Source: Podarcis muralis (taxonomy: Eukaryota). Taken from it: a stretch of DNA of 64,000 nucleotides. Position 1 is the stretch's first letter. Each line of letters begins with the position of its first letter. The notes under the pieces were generated by a model. That model ran no database searches, was not told the origin of the DNA, and saw only the letters and a list, made by a program, of their open reading frames with translations. Both the position numbers and the translations under genes were made by a program. Where the stretch lies: NCBI RefSeq assembly GCF_964188315.1, contig NC_135668.1:9362001-9426000 (forward strand), read 5' to 3'. Of the stretch, positions 46,764-58,681 are shown piece after piece.

Positions 46764-47230
46764 GTTGTTGTTGTTTAGTCGTTGAGTCATATCCGACTCT
46801 TCGTGACCCCATGGACCAGAGCATGCCAGGCACTCCTGTCTTCCATTGCCTCCTGCAGTTTGGTCAAACTCATGTTAGTAGCTTCGAGAACACTGTCCAA
46901 CCATCTTGTCCTCTGTCGTCCCCTTCTCCTTGTGCCCTCCATCTTTCCCAGCATCAGGGTCTTCTCCAGGGAGTCTTCTCTTCTCATGAGGTGGCCAAAG
47001 TATTAGAGCCTCAGCTTCAGGATCTGTCCTTCCAGGGAGCACTCAGGGCTGATTTCCTTCAGAATGGAGAGGTTTGATCTTCTTGCAGTCCATGGGACTC
47101 TCAAGAGTCTCCTCCAGCACCAGAATTCAAAAGCATCAATTCTTCGGCGATCAGCCTTCTTTATGGTCCAGCTCTCACTTCCATACATCACTACTGGGAA
47201 AACCAGAGCTTTAACTATACAGACCTTTGT
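46764..47230 (-). mobile_element. Bov-B LINE 3' fragment
   Basis: Same RT C-terminus and (CAA)n tail, starting at intron position +7 after PATL2 exon 9. Confidence 0.92.
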
Positions 47231-48187
47231 TCACACTTTTCCGTTCCAGCCAAGTAATGTTTACGATACATATGCCTGTATAACATGTGCAGTAAAAATT
47301 CACATATTACTGGAAATATTATACAGAAATGCTTTGTATTGGGGAAAATCTGCTTTGCAAAAAATACGTATATTGGATGTAATTGCATACAAGGGAGTAT
47401 ATTGGGATAAATTAGCACTACAATGCTGGAACTCCCTCCCTGAAGAAGGTAGACTAGCTCCTGACTTGTCCTTCCACGGACAGGTAAAGACCTCCTTGTT
47501 CCAATGGGCTTTGGGGAACCAGCTGCTTTTAATGAAAAGGGTGGTGCCATGCTTCTTTTTATTGTAATTATTTGTAGGTTTTAAAACAGATTTCATATAT
47601 GTATTGAGTTTGAATTCTATTGGGGTTTTTAAAATTAATTTTCTATGTTTTTAGTGCTTCTTTTATTTAGAGACTTTGAGTGCCATTAGGGAAAAAGTTG
47701 GGGTATAAATTACAATAATTAATAATGATGCTGATGAACTGTTTTTAGGATATCAGAATGTGGAGAACTGAACTGAAGATGTGAAAAATGAGAAACTGCC
47801 ACTGATAGGTTCACCCACCCCTAAGCAAGAATCCTAGACTGCTCTTGAGAGGGTGGGCATAGCTTCCCAGTCACAAGGCTTGGGTCTGGGTCAGTTCTGT
47901 CTCTTGCAACTGCAGACCTGCTCTCATATGATGGGCTGCATTCTGACAACCATATTCTCCACACCATGGTGGAGCTCCTTCCCTTGGGCCCCATTAGGTT
48001 TGCCCAGGAAACAGAGAACTGTAGTTCAAAAGGCGCATGTTAATCACTGTCTGGCGAGAATGGCTCAGGGAGAATTGCCATCTTGACAGTTTTGGATGCT
48101 GGAGTTGGGGTGAGTGGGGAGCAACAGAAGTGCTGTGTGCTTCCATTGCCTTCGGTACTGAGCTGTCCTGTCCTCTCCACCCCCCAG

Positions 48188-48305
48188 GAATATTATCGCA
48201 AGCTAGAGCACAAACAGGCAGAGAAGGGGCTTCTTGGAGGGTGCAAGACTGAAGTCCCCAAGCTAGTGACACCATATATCCAGAAAGTGGAGGCATACGA
48301 ATCTG
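48188..48305 (+). CDS. PATL2: PATL2 exon 10
   Basis: [17 protein letters not shown]...[15 protein letters not shown]; 118 nt. Confidence 0.95.
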
Positions 48306-48386
48306 GTAAGCGCTCTGCAGAAAAGAGGCTTTTCCCTAGATGTTAGGGATGCTAGGCACCTCCTGACAATGGTTTCCTTCTTCTAG

Positions 48387-48484
48387 TGGTGCGGATACCA
48401 GGCTCCCTGGGCCAAGTGGCAGTGTCTACGTGCTACAGTCCCCGCAGGGCTATTGATGCCGTGCACAACATCCCACTGGAACAG
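48387..48484 (+). CDS. PATL2: PATL2 exon 11
   Basis: [26 protein letters not shown]. Confidence 0.95.
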
Positions 48485-49121
48485 GTAATGCACCCATCCT
48501 TTTGCCTCTGGCTTGCCAGAAGCTGGGACTCGACTCCACATATTTGCTGCATGTGAACATGAAGTCTCTTGCATATATATCATCAGTGGGACCTTCCAAC
48601 CCATGGACCTTGTCTCGCCAGGCCATTTGGGTTAACCATGCCTGATTTCCTGGGCCTTGGAGTCCCATGAATGTTGGGCATGGGAAAGGTTCTTCATTTG
48701 CAGTTGTCACCAGAATTCAACTTGGGGATGCAAAGGAAGAATATTCTCTGCAGCTGCTGCTTGAACTGCCTGACACGTGACACAAGATGATTTATGGTTG
48801 GGCGGCCCTTTTCACCTGTCAGTGGTCCACAGCGGATGGTTGTTCCCCACCCCCTAATAAATAGGGCATGTTATTAACTGGCGGGTGGACGGTATATTCT
48901 ATCAGCTTTTTCCTCCTGTTTTTCACACCACTTCTAATTGACCAGTGGAATTCTGGCCACCTTGTTGTATTCTGTAAACGGAAACGGCCCCACTGGAAAC
49001 TGTATTGCAGAGCCCCCTGAGCTGTTAATGTAGCACTCAGGGATGCCAAGCTGGTGCTGGTTGCTCTGCTGGTGAAAACTAACACCTGTTCCCCCTCCCC
49101 TTTTTTATCCGTCTTCTGAAG

Positions 49122-49166
49122 GCTGTGGGTAATCAGCGACTGCAAGTGCTATATGAAATTGAGAAG
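49122..49166 (+). CDS. PATL2: PATL2 exon 12
   Basis: AVGNQRLQVLYEIEK|gtgagt. Confidence 0.9.
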
Positions 49167-50082
49167 GTGAGTCACTGGGATAGCTTGGGAAGGCAGTTCT
49201 GTGTTTGTTTTTTAAGCCAGTGTCCTTGGAGTGCGGCAAGGCCAGTACCAGAAGCATTATTGTTGATTAACTCTTGTTTGGCTTCGTATTTATGTATTTA
49301 AACATTGATTTGGGGGGGGGGGGGTGTTTGGTAATACAGTGGTACCTTGGTTCCCGAACGGCTTAGTTGTCAAACAAATCGGCTCCCGAATGCCACAAAC
49401 CCGGAAGTAAGTGTTCTGGTTTGTGAATGTTTTTTGGAAGCCGAACATCCGACGTGGCTTCTGCGGCTTCCAATTGAGTGCAGGTAGCTCCTGCAGCCAA
49501 TCAGAAGCCGCGCCTTGGTTTTTGAATGGTTTTGGGAATCGAACAGACTCCTGGAACGGATTAAGTTCAAGAATTGTATTGATATATTCTGCATTTGTTG
49601 AATTGTTTATTTTTGTCATTTGAATTTACTAACATGTTCTGTATTTTGTATGTTTGTATTTTCAATGTTTTGATGCTTTTGAATGTTTTCTGCAAGCTGC
49701 TTTGGGTGCAGCTCATTGTGCAAAAGCAGCATATAAGTAAACTCCATCAATCTCTATTCAGCAAGGCAGTGTGTGCTCTTCTTCCTCCAGTCACATACCC
49801 GCCCCCTTTGTCCCCACAACAAAGAGCTTGACAATATGAAACTCATTATCATGGCATTCCAGTGGAGCGGATTCCTAGTGTGCCGTATCCAACACAGGCA
49901 ATGTCATTACTACAGATGATGATGATGATGATGCATAGAAACTCTTGCAGAGTTGTTAGCAAATAGCTCTGTTCAGCTAGAACTCTGCACATGCCTCCAG
50001 AACTGAGTGATTTGGCTCTGTTTATGAAATAGTCATTGTAGAAATTGAGAAAAGCTGCTACGGTGTGAACCAGTCACAAGTA

Positions 50083-50305
50083 CAGTGGTACCTCTGGTTA
50101 CAAAATTAATTTGTTCCGGAGATCCGTTCTTAACCTGAAACCATTCTTAACCTGAGGTACCACTTTAGTTAATGGGGCTTCCCACTGCCGCCGCACCGCC
50201 ACCACGTGATTTCCATTCTTATCCTGGGGCAGGTTCTTAACCCGGTACTACTTCTGGGTTAGCAGAGTCTGTAACCCGAAGTGTTTGTAACCCAAGGTAC
50301 CACTG
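50083..50305 (-). mobile_element. Tigger-like MITE
   Basis: Same family. Confidence 0.88.
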
Positions 50306-50778
50306 TAGTAGATTGCAATTCCCTAATGGATGGGAGTTGTAATCCAGCCACATCAGTTTGCAGGTTGCTGGACAAAACTGCTACCTGCCCCCTAGTGACC
50401 CTGCCAAAAGATTTTACATTGCAAAAGTAAAAACTAACTAAAGCATAATTCCTTGGCATGGGGGGTACATGTACATGCCTGTGGTACCTCAGCATGTGAT
50501 CCTTAATGCTAGCACCAAATTAAGGGTTTGACCACTGTTTGGAGAATAGTTGGTTCATGCTCCTGAACTTGTGGCTTTGTGACACTGCTGACCCTAAACA
50601 AGTTTAGGAGACTCCGTGGAAAATGGAGGCATGGATTTCTCTACAGTTCCCATGAACTCTAGGTAAGAAAATACTATCTGCTGCCTTCCCTTTGCCCCCC
50701 CCCCCCAATTGGCAGATGGGAGATGACAGGGGAAACAGCAACCACCTGGAGAGCACAGCTAGACGCTCAGCAAATATA

Positions 50779-51239
50779 CCGTATTTTTCGCTCTATAAGA
50801 CGCACTTTTTCCCTCCTAAAAAGAAAGAGGAAATGTGTGTGCATCTTATGGAGCGAATGCAGGCTGCGAGGCTAAGCCAGAAGCCAGAACAGGGAGAGGG
50901 AGCGCTGTGCAGCGCTCCGTCTTGCTGTTATAGCTTCTGGCTTAGCTGCACAAAGCCTCCAGAGGGCAGCGGGGTGCCTTCATCCCGCTGCCCTCTGGAG
51001 ACTTCATGGGCTGTCCCAGAAGCCTTCGCAGGGCACGGGAATGAAGGCTCCCCGTGTCCTGCGGAGGCTTCGCGCAAAGCCAGATCAGCTATCCCAGCAG
51101 CTATCCCAGAAGCCAGAACAGCAAGAGGCTATCCCAGAAGCCAGATCCCTCTTGCTGTTCTGGCTTCTGGGATTCAGAATTTTTTTTTCTTGTTTCCTCC
51201 CCCCCAAACTAGGTGCGTCCTATAGAGCGAAAAATGCGG
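50779..51239 (-). mobile_element. Tc2-like MITE (long form)
   Basis: Same TIR with a different expanded core. Confidence 0.86.
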
Positions 51240-51309
51240 TAGTTGGCTAAAGAGCTGCCCTGTCAAAGACGGTGGTTTTATGGATCTTGTTGGTGTGTTC
51301 CTGAAACAG

Positions 51310-51458
51310 ATGTACCTGCAGCTGCTGGATATAGAAGATGGTCAGCGGAAACTGGAGCAGGTGCCAGAGGAGGAGCACCTCCACTTCTGTGAGAAATTGG
51401 CGCATGAGCTGGGACATATCTATCAAGCCCTAAGAATCGAAGAGCAGAATTCGGAAAA
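51310..51458 (+). CDS. PATL2: PATL2 exon 13
   Basis: MYLQLLDIEDGQRK...IYQALRIEEQNSE; 149 nt, phase 0-2. Confidence 0.93.
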
Positions 51459-51657
51459 GTGAGTCCAGGGGGAATATTTGCGGCAGTGATGGTACATGAG
51501 ATGGTTGTTAGAATGAAGAAGACGATGGCTGTTGTGGCCACATGTCTGTGGACCCACCTCTATCCATCAGGCCAGCTGCCTACTTAGGTTATCAGGCCGC
51601 TGACAATTTCTACTGGTTCATACCATCCTCCCTCTCTAGCGGAAGAGCCAGGAGATG

Positions 51658-51958
51658 AATAGGGCTGTATAAAGATCTGCTGAAAGAATACTCGGCACAG
51701 ATAAGCAAGGAACTTGAGCAAATCAAAAATTTCCTCTCAGAATGTTTGGGCCTGCTTCCCTGACTGAGCTAATTAGGAGAAAAGAATACTGCCGTCCCCA
51801 TAAAGCAGTCGACAACAAGCCAAATGGAAATATAATCCAGTCAGGCACGGAAAACAGAAAAACAACTAGAACTAAACCAGGCCAGGTGGAAAAACCACTT
51901 GCCCCCAAGAAATCTTCCTTAAAGGGAAAGTGTTCAATGCACAAGAAGAAGAAGAAGA
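51658..51958 (+). mobile_element. Unidentified insertion with (AAG)n tail
   Basis: 15-bp TSD aagagccaggagatg (51643-51657 and 51959-51973). Confidence 0.75.
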
Positions 51959-52146
51959 AAGAGCCAGGAGATGTTCTGTTCTGTTAAACAGCCAGGTCTG
52001 AAGTCAAGACAGCACTAGGTAGAACATAACCATGGGCCTTTATGTTTGCGCATTGGGTATGTTTTTGGCCCCTTTCCCCTTTCTAGACTCTCATGGTGCT
52101 TTGGCAGTGAGATACGTGTGTGGACCAGCTGGTCTTTTCCTTCCAG

Positions 52147-52306
52147 GGAAGCCAAAGATGAGTTCCTTCAGATCCTGCTTGTGGGAAAAGGCAGGAGGCT
52201 GGTGGCCCGTCTGTTGCCACACTTGTCGCAGGAGCAGGCCAAGCAGGTCCTTGTCAGCATCACCCAGCACCTACCGTTTCTCCTTCAGAAGGACATGATG
52301 GATGAG
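52147..52306 (+). CDS. PATL2: PATL2 exon 14
   Basis: EAKDEFLQILLVGKGRRLVARLLPHL...ITQHLPFLLQKDMMDE; donor gtatcc. Confidence 0.95.
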
Positions 52307-52938
52307 GTATCCGTCCTGTGTGTTCCACTTCTCTCTAAAACCACCTGCATCATTGATGACCTTGTTATGAGGCCCCCATTATAAATTGACTTTTGGGGTG
52401 CAAAAAGGGCTTGCACTAAAATAAGACATTTAAATTGGGTTGTGGAGGAAGCTAAACTGCATTGCTTGCACAATTTAATTTCCTCCAGATTTTCTTGCAT
52501 AACCAGACCCGAGCAGGGCAGTGAAGCCTTGCCCCAAGCCGCCAGAAAACTGAAATATGTGCACAGCTTTGTGGAAGCTGAAATGTGTAAGATGGGCTGT
52601 GTCTTTACTGAATGAACTGAAAATGTTGCTTGAATTCTGTTAGGCTGAGAGTCAGGCTGCAGAATTTTTCAGAGAGCAGCCAGTAACCCTTGCTTGATAG
52701 GTTGTAAGGGTTTGGATTAAATTTATCAAGCCCATCCTGTGCTGGGAGTAGAAACTTCATTTCTCTTAACGGGCTCAATGTATAGAAATAAAGACCTATA
52801 ACTCTTAACACTACTTCCTATGGTGTTAAGAGTTCTCTATCCCATAGATTAGGTTTATTAACTCTTAAAGGACAAGCAAGCTTGATTTTAACATTTATCC
52901 TTTCAACTTATTCCTTCCATGTTCTGCGGGCTTGGTAG

Positions 52939-53079
52939 TCTCTGCCCATTCTCTACGGTCCTCTCTGTGATGTCATTGAGCAGTTGACCTTCAGTGAGAT
53001 GATAGACCTCTTACAGGAGCTAACCAGATTGCAGCCGGAGTCTGTCCAGCAATCGCTTGCTATGGTGTTTGGGAACAAG
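52939..53079 (+). CDS. PATL2: PATL2 exon 15
   Basis: SLPILYGPLCDVIEQLTFSEMIDLLQELT...VFGNK|gtatgt; 47 codons. Confidence 0.9.
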
Positions 53080-53314
53080 GTATGTTTGGGGACAGGGCTT
53101 TGAAACTTTCCTGGGGATCCTGGCAGAATTTTGTGGCAGAGCAACAAATGGGGTGGGAAGGAAGACTTTAAAATTACCTTAGTATTTGCCAGTATCGGTG
53201 TGGTTTTATGCCACCTTACCTCGAGGTTGGCATTGAGTGAGGTGGGTTCTATTGCTGCTGTTCCCTTGCTAACATTTCATGCTTGTGCCCATCTTTTCTC
53301 CTTGTCTCTCCAAG

Positions 53315-53412
53315 TTTGCCATCTCACTTCTATACCTTCTGCTGAGTCACGGGGAGAGATGTCTCTCCTCCGGAATGCCCCTGAACCCCCGCAACGGAGA
53401 CTTTGAAAAATG
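53315..53412 (+). CDS. PATL2: PATL2 exon 16
   Basis: FAISLLYLLLSHGERCLSS...DFEKW. Confidence 0.94.
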
Positions 53413-53533
53413 GTGAGGTGGCATCTGTTGGGCAGGGTAGTCCCAAGTAATTTGTGTCTGCAGACACCAAGCCTCTTAACCATCTCTGTCCTTTTTTTTC
53501 TCTCCTCCCCCTCTTCCCTTTTCTTCCCTTTAG

Positions 53534-53687
53534 GGTGGATACAGTGCTCCTTGTCGCTAGGGAGCTGTCTCAGGTACCCAAGGCATCGATGGTAGAGCCA
53601 TTTCACCTCCCCAGCAACCTCCTTTTTCTCTTCTGCCGCTATGTAGACAAAGACATGGCAAACCACTTAGATGCCAAGATGGAGTAA
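53534..53687 (+). CDS. PATL2: PATL2 exon 17 (ends at donor 53683, or reads into stop TAA 53685-53687)
   Basis: VDTVLLVARELSQVPKASMVEPFHLPSNLLFLFCRYVDK...LDAKME; ATG GA|gtaagt overlaps GAG TAA. Confidence 0.92.
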
Positions 53688-54517
53688 GTTTTGGGCATTG
53701 ACAAAGAGCAGGTAGATAGGTACTTGGAGGAGCGGGGGAAGAAAGCCAGCCAGATGGGCAGGGTATAAATTGTTATTGTTATTGTTGTTTCAAGTGAACT
53801 CTTAAATAGAGTGGAGACTGTATTAGTTTGAATGGGATACTGTCCCACCAACCTCATCTCAGTCAGGCGACTGCCTGTCTCCTTAAAACCACCCAGTGGG
53901 GTAGCCCTGGCTGTCAGGTTCCTCCTCACTCTGTTTTGCCATTTGTTAATTCGGCAGAGAGAGTGATGGGGGGGCCAAATGAGAACCAGCTGGTCGCATG
54001 TCTCATTGGCTCTGGCTTCATCTACTGTTGGTCTCCCTGTTTCTCCACCCCGCCAGTCCAAATGGGCACCAGTCACCACCGCTGACACAAATAACATGGC
54101 AGAACCCAGATGCAAATTGGAGTATAGCAGGCGACTGCAGAGAAAATTCTCCTACAGGAACATGTCCTTTTCTAGCTGTTTGCTTTTGGTCTCATCTCAT
54201 GGTGGATCCCTGTTTATGATGGCTTGTTGCTCTTGGAAATGAAGGGCCCATTATGGGCAATTGTTTTCCCTACCAGAAAACTCACTGTTTTCGCAATGCT
54301 TATTTTCATGTTCAGCATGCTACACTGCACTATAAGTTAGACCATTGGCCCCATTAGCTCAGTATTGTCTACCTTGACTGCCAGAGGCACTCTCGTGTTT
54401 CAGGTGGTTTCTCCCAGACCTACCTGGAGATGCCTGCTCTACCACTGACCACTGTCCTCTTAACATTGAAGGACCCTTACTATTGTTTGGGTTTATTTGT
54501 TGCCACCTCCTGGCAAG

Positions 54518-54874
54518 GGGACGTGGGTGGTGCTGTGGGTTAAACCACAGAGCCTAGGACTTGCCGATCAGAAGGTCAGCGGTTCGAATCCCCGCAACGG
54601 GGTGAGCTCCCATTGCTCAGTCCCTTTTCCTGCCAACCTAGCAGTTTGAAAGCACGTCAAAGTGCAAGTAGATAAATAGGTACCGCTCCAGCGGGAAGGT
54701 AAACAGCGTTTCCGTGCGCTGCTCTGGTTCGCCAGAAGCGGCTTAGTCCTGCTGGCCACATGCCCCAGAAGCTGTACGCCGGCTCCCTCGGCCAATAAAG
54801 CGAGATGAGCGCCGCAACCCCAGAGTCGGTCACGACTGGACCTAATGGTCAGAGGTCCCTTTACCTTTACCTTT
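54518..54874 (+). mobile_element. Sauria SINE, full length
   Basis: TSD acctcctggc. Confidence 0.92.
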
Positions 54875-55933
54875 ACCTCCTGGCCCAGCCAAGAGATTGC
54901 ATATATTGATATGTGAGATACTTTGGGGGCCTTTAGGCTGCTGTGAGCGCCATACATTTTTGGATAGCGATGCTGTTCTCAGCAGAACTCTTCCACACTG
55001 TAATTTCTTTTAGGTGGGCTTCCTTTGACTACCTGGCTGAGAACCTTGATTTCTGAGTAGCAGAATGAGAGATGTGGAATGGCAGCAAGCCCTGGCCAAA
55101 GCAGGCTGGGGAAAGCTATAAGAACCCTTGTTTAACATCCTTGTATGGTTCACATTCTATGCATGCAGATGGTGGACCCATTATGAGCTGCTTTGCTAAA
55201 TAAAAATGGGAGGCAGGGTAGTAGCTAATGACTGGGTGGCCAGAAACTTGTGTAAGCTTCATGTTTCGCGAATATAATTGTGGAACGGTTCCTTGTAGTT
55301 GGTAAAATTGGATTAAAGGAGATTGGAGAGAGCTCTTCACTGGGGATGCCACAGAATAGCTGAAGCCTTGCAGCAGGCATAGCCAATGTGGTGCCCTCTC
55401 AAGGTTTTGTACTACAACTCCTGTAATCTCTTAACCATTAGCTACACTGGCTGGGGCTGATGGGAGTTGTGTTGCAAAACAATATGCAGAGCACTACATT
55501 GGCTAGCCCTGCTTTACAGAACGCAGTTGGCCGCTGATGGGAACTAATTTTCCCCTTTGATTCCTGAGTTGCTTTCCTTTATGTTTCAGGTGATTGGCTT
55601 CTGCCTTCATGAGCTATCGCAACACTTGGAGCCTCCTTTGTTGCCGCAGTGTGATCTTCGGTGGTAGTATCAGTCTTCGAGAGGCCTGGCTGTAGCTAGA
55701 ACACAGTGGTTGTTTAAAGAAAACGATTATTTAATTCACAAATTCTGCTTTTGTTTGTGGTATGACGTGGTTCCCCCCCCCCAAAGTGCTCTGTGCCAAT
55801 TGTAGATATTCAGTGCTAGCTCAGCACATAAACTGAGCCTGAAATGAGTGAACACAGGCTTGTCTGTACAGTAAATACTAGGTTGTGGGGGATGAACTTT
55901 GATTTTTACAATATCTTGTGTACAGCACTTATA

Positions 55934-56321
55934 CAATAAAAGCAAATAAAACTAGTTTGAAATATTGGATCTTGGAGGTGAGGGGGCGCATAGTTACCCT
56001 AAGAACGATTGTGCATCTTTTCTTTGTTAATATTTAACTTTTCCTACAGATGTGAGACCCTTGAAGGTGGTGGAACTCCTGCCAGTGCCTTGAACAGGAT
56101 GCTAATTGTATCACTTGAAGTTCCATGTTTCATTTTTTTCCCAGTCTTTTCATTAGGACTGTGGGTGGGTTAACCATTTCCTCCCCCATTGTGGTCCCTA
56201 TTAAATTGCCTCTACGCTGCTATGAAGGCCAGTGGCAGATTTCACCTGGGACTATCATAGTGCGGGAGGAAAGGTTGAACCTTCTTGCAGTCCCCTCCAC
56301 CTTTTTTTTCTTTTAATAAAA
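55934..56321 (+). terminator. PATL2: Candidate PATL2 polyadenylation signals
   Basis: AATAAA at about 55934, 55944 and 56315. Confidence 0.4.
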
Positions 56322-56711
56322 ATGAAAACGCAATTTCACGTTCTTTTCTGCTCCTTTTTTCTCCCCACCCCCGTCCTGGCCTGTTAATAATAGAAGAGAG
56401 AGAAGACATTTAATTTCAAGGGCTGTGTTTTTCAGTATTATATGTAAGTTGGTCCTTTATATTACATGAACTGCAAGCACTGGTAGAGATCTGGCTTGAT
56501 GCTACATCAGAATGAGTTGTTGATCTTCAGAGATTGTTAGTGTCTGTAACTGGAGCTAGATGACCACTCTTTTTCAGGCCAGAAAGGGCTTGCTGCTTTC
56601 AAATGTACAAACACATCCCATTTTTATCTCTTTTAAACAGACTTTTTTTCAAAAAGTACAGACACTTGTATGCTGCTGTCTGGTTCTGGTATATGTGATG
56701 GGTCCTAAATT

Positions 56712-56715
56712 CACA

Positions 56716-56772
<57 letters not shown>
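56712..56772. repeat. (CA)n(GA)n compound microsatellite
   Basis: Seen directly. Confidence 0.97.
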
Positions 56773-56773
<1 letters not shown>

Positions 56774-57684
56774 CCTTGAATATTGCTGGATGTTTTGGAA
56801 CACTGCTTTATGTTGTTGCAATTATTAATATTCTTTGCCAGATGCTGTAGGATGTTTCAGTGTATATTTATCGCTGCTGTTATTTATTACATATTTCATT
56901 TCATTGTTTTGCAAATAGAATTGCAGTACAGTTAGAATATACAAAATAAAAGCAGCAATAAAAATGCAATATCATTTAGTGTGAAAAATGTGCTGTTTCT
57001 TGTCTTCAACTACAGATTCACAGACACAGTATGGTAACTCCTTCAATCCTGGCCACTGCAAGCTACTGTAGTCTGTATAGTTGTGTATTTACAGTGTGGC
57101 TTTCTCCTGTACTTTATCGTGGTTCCTGAACACCTCGGACAAGAGAATTCCCCCTAAGCAGTTTTGCATTTATCCATTGAGCTAGAAGTCGCACCATTTC
57201 AGCCTCTGTATTACTAACTAAACATGACATTGTACTCTCTGCCATCTCAGTGCTACGAAAAGCTAGTTGGAATTTTACCTACAGTTGCAAGCAATGGACC
57301 AGTGTAGAATCCAGTCTTTTTCATTTCCTGTGGTAGCCCTCTGAGCCTAAGAGGTAGAATGCTGAACCACACAGTCTTGATACTTTGTCAAACGAAAGTG
57401 CTTTCAGCTCCAAGTAAGCTTTGTTGTCTGTGTTTAGTAAGCATCAGAGCAGCTGTGTTAAGGCTGTGCCAATGCAATTGGTGCTAGATCCTTGCAGAGG
57501 CGGGGCAGCCAGGTACACTTGCTCTGGGACCAGCTTTTTTTTGTTGAGTTTATAACTTTATTCTAGCAAGACTCCTGCCCCAGGCCTCAAACAAGCTCTG
57601 CACGGGCCTGGTTGGTGTTCTGTCCTTGTGCTAGGTAAGTGTAAGGATGAAAATGGGTTGCAATGGGTAAGCTTCTACAAATGC

Positions 57685-57686
<2 letters not shown>

Positions 57687-57738
<52 letters not shown>

Positions 57739-58058
57739 TAATATCTTTATTGTCATTACCCCCTCTCGGGGACAACGAAATTACTTGACTGCTCCATAAA
57801 AACACTAATTAAAACAATACAGTATAGTACAGCAAGGAAGATTAGATGACTTTCAAAGTCCAGGCTTCCCATTCAGGGCCGAGATCGCTCTGGAGAAGAA
57901 GCTGTTCTTAAGACGGCTCGTTCTTGTCTTCATCGTCCTGTATCTCCGTCCCGACGGCAGGAGCTCGAAGAGACAGTGACCAGGATGCAATAGATCTTTT
58001 ACTATGTCCAGTGCCTTCCTATGGCACCTTGTGGCATAAATCTGCTCTAAGGTGGAGA
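57687..58058 (-). mobile_element. Rex1/Babar-type LINE 3' fragment
   Basis: Stop-free STLEQIYATRCHRKALDIVKDLLHPGHCLFELLPSGRRYRTMKTRTSRLKNSFFSRAISALN, then an (ATT)n tail. Confidence 0.85.
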
Positions 58059-58321
58059 TACCTTAGTACTAAATACACCCAAAGTATTTTTCTATAAATA
58101 GTATCTTGCTATAACTGCCCACTTCCATCATGGCTACAGTTACTGTATAGGAAATCGTGTGGTAGTACACCTGTTTACCGGTGAGTACAGAAAGAGGAGA
58201 GGGTTTTGCCTTTGGCTGGGCATGAAGCCATTTCTGTTAGAGCCAACCACCACTAGAGAATTTCCTTTGCCAGCTAAAAGGCAAGCCTATCAGCTAACTT
58301 CATAATGGGATGAAGTAGCTA

Positions 58322-58681
58322 AAAAGGTAAAGGTAAAGGTACCCCTGCCCGTACGGGCCAGTCTTGACAGACTCTGGGGTTGTGCGCCCATCTCACTCCA
58401 GAGGCCGGGGGCCAGCGCTGTCCGGAGACACTTCCGGGTCACGTGGCCAGCGTGACATTGCTGCTCTGGCGAGCCAGAGCCGCACACGGAAACGCTGTTT
58501 ACCTTCCCGCTATAAAGCGGTCCCTATTTATCTACTTGCACCCGGGGGTGCTTTCGAACTGCTAGGTTGGCAGGCGCTGGGACCGAACGACGGGAGCGCA
58601 CCCCGCCGCGGGGATTCGAACCGCCGACCTGATGATCGGCAAGCCCTAGGCGCTGAGGCTTTTACCCACAGCGCCACCTGC
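58322..58681 (-). mobile_element. Sauria SINE
   Basis: (AAAGGT)n at the left end; same subfamily as the 8716 and 27557 copies. Confidence 0.9.

Noticed and set aside
54157-54242. Alternative PATL2 last exon at about 54157
   Set aside because: Weak pyrimidine tract; the acceptors at 55590 and 56050 are better.
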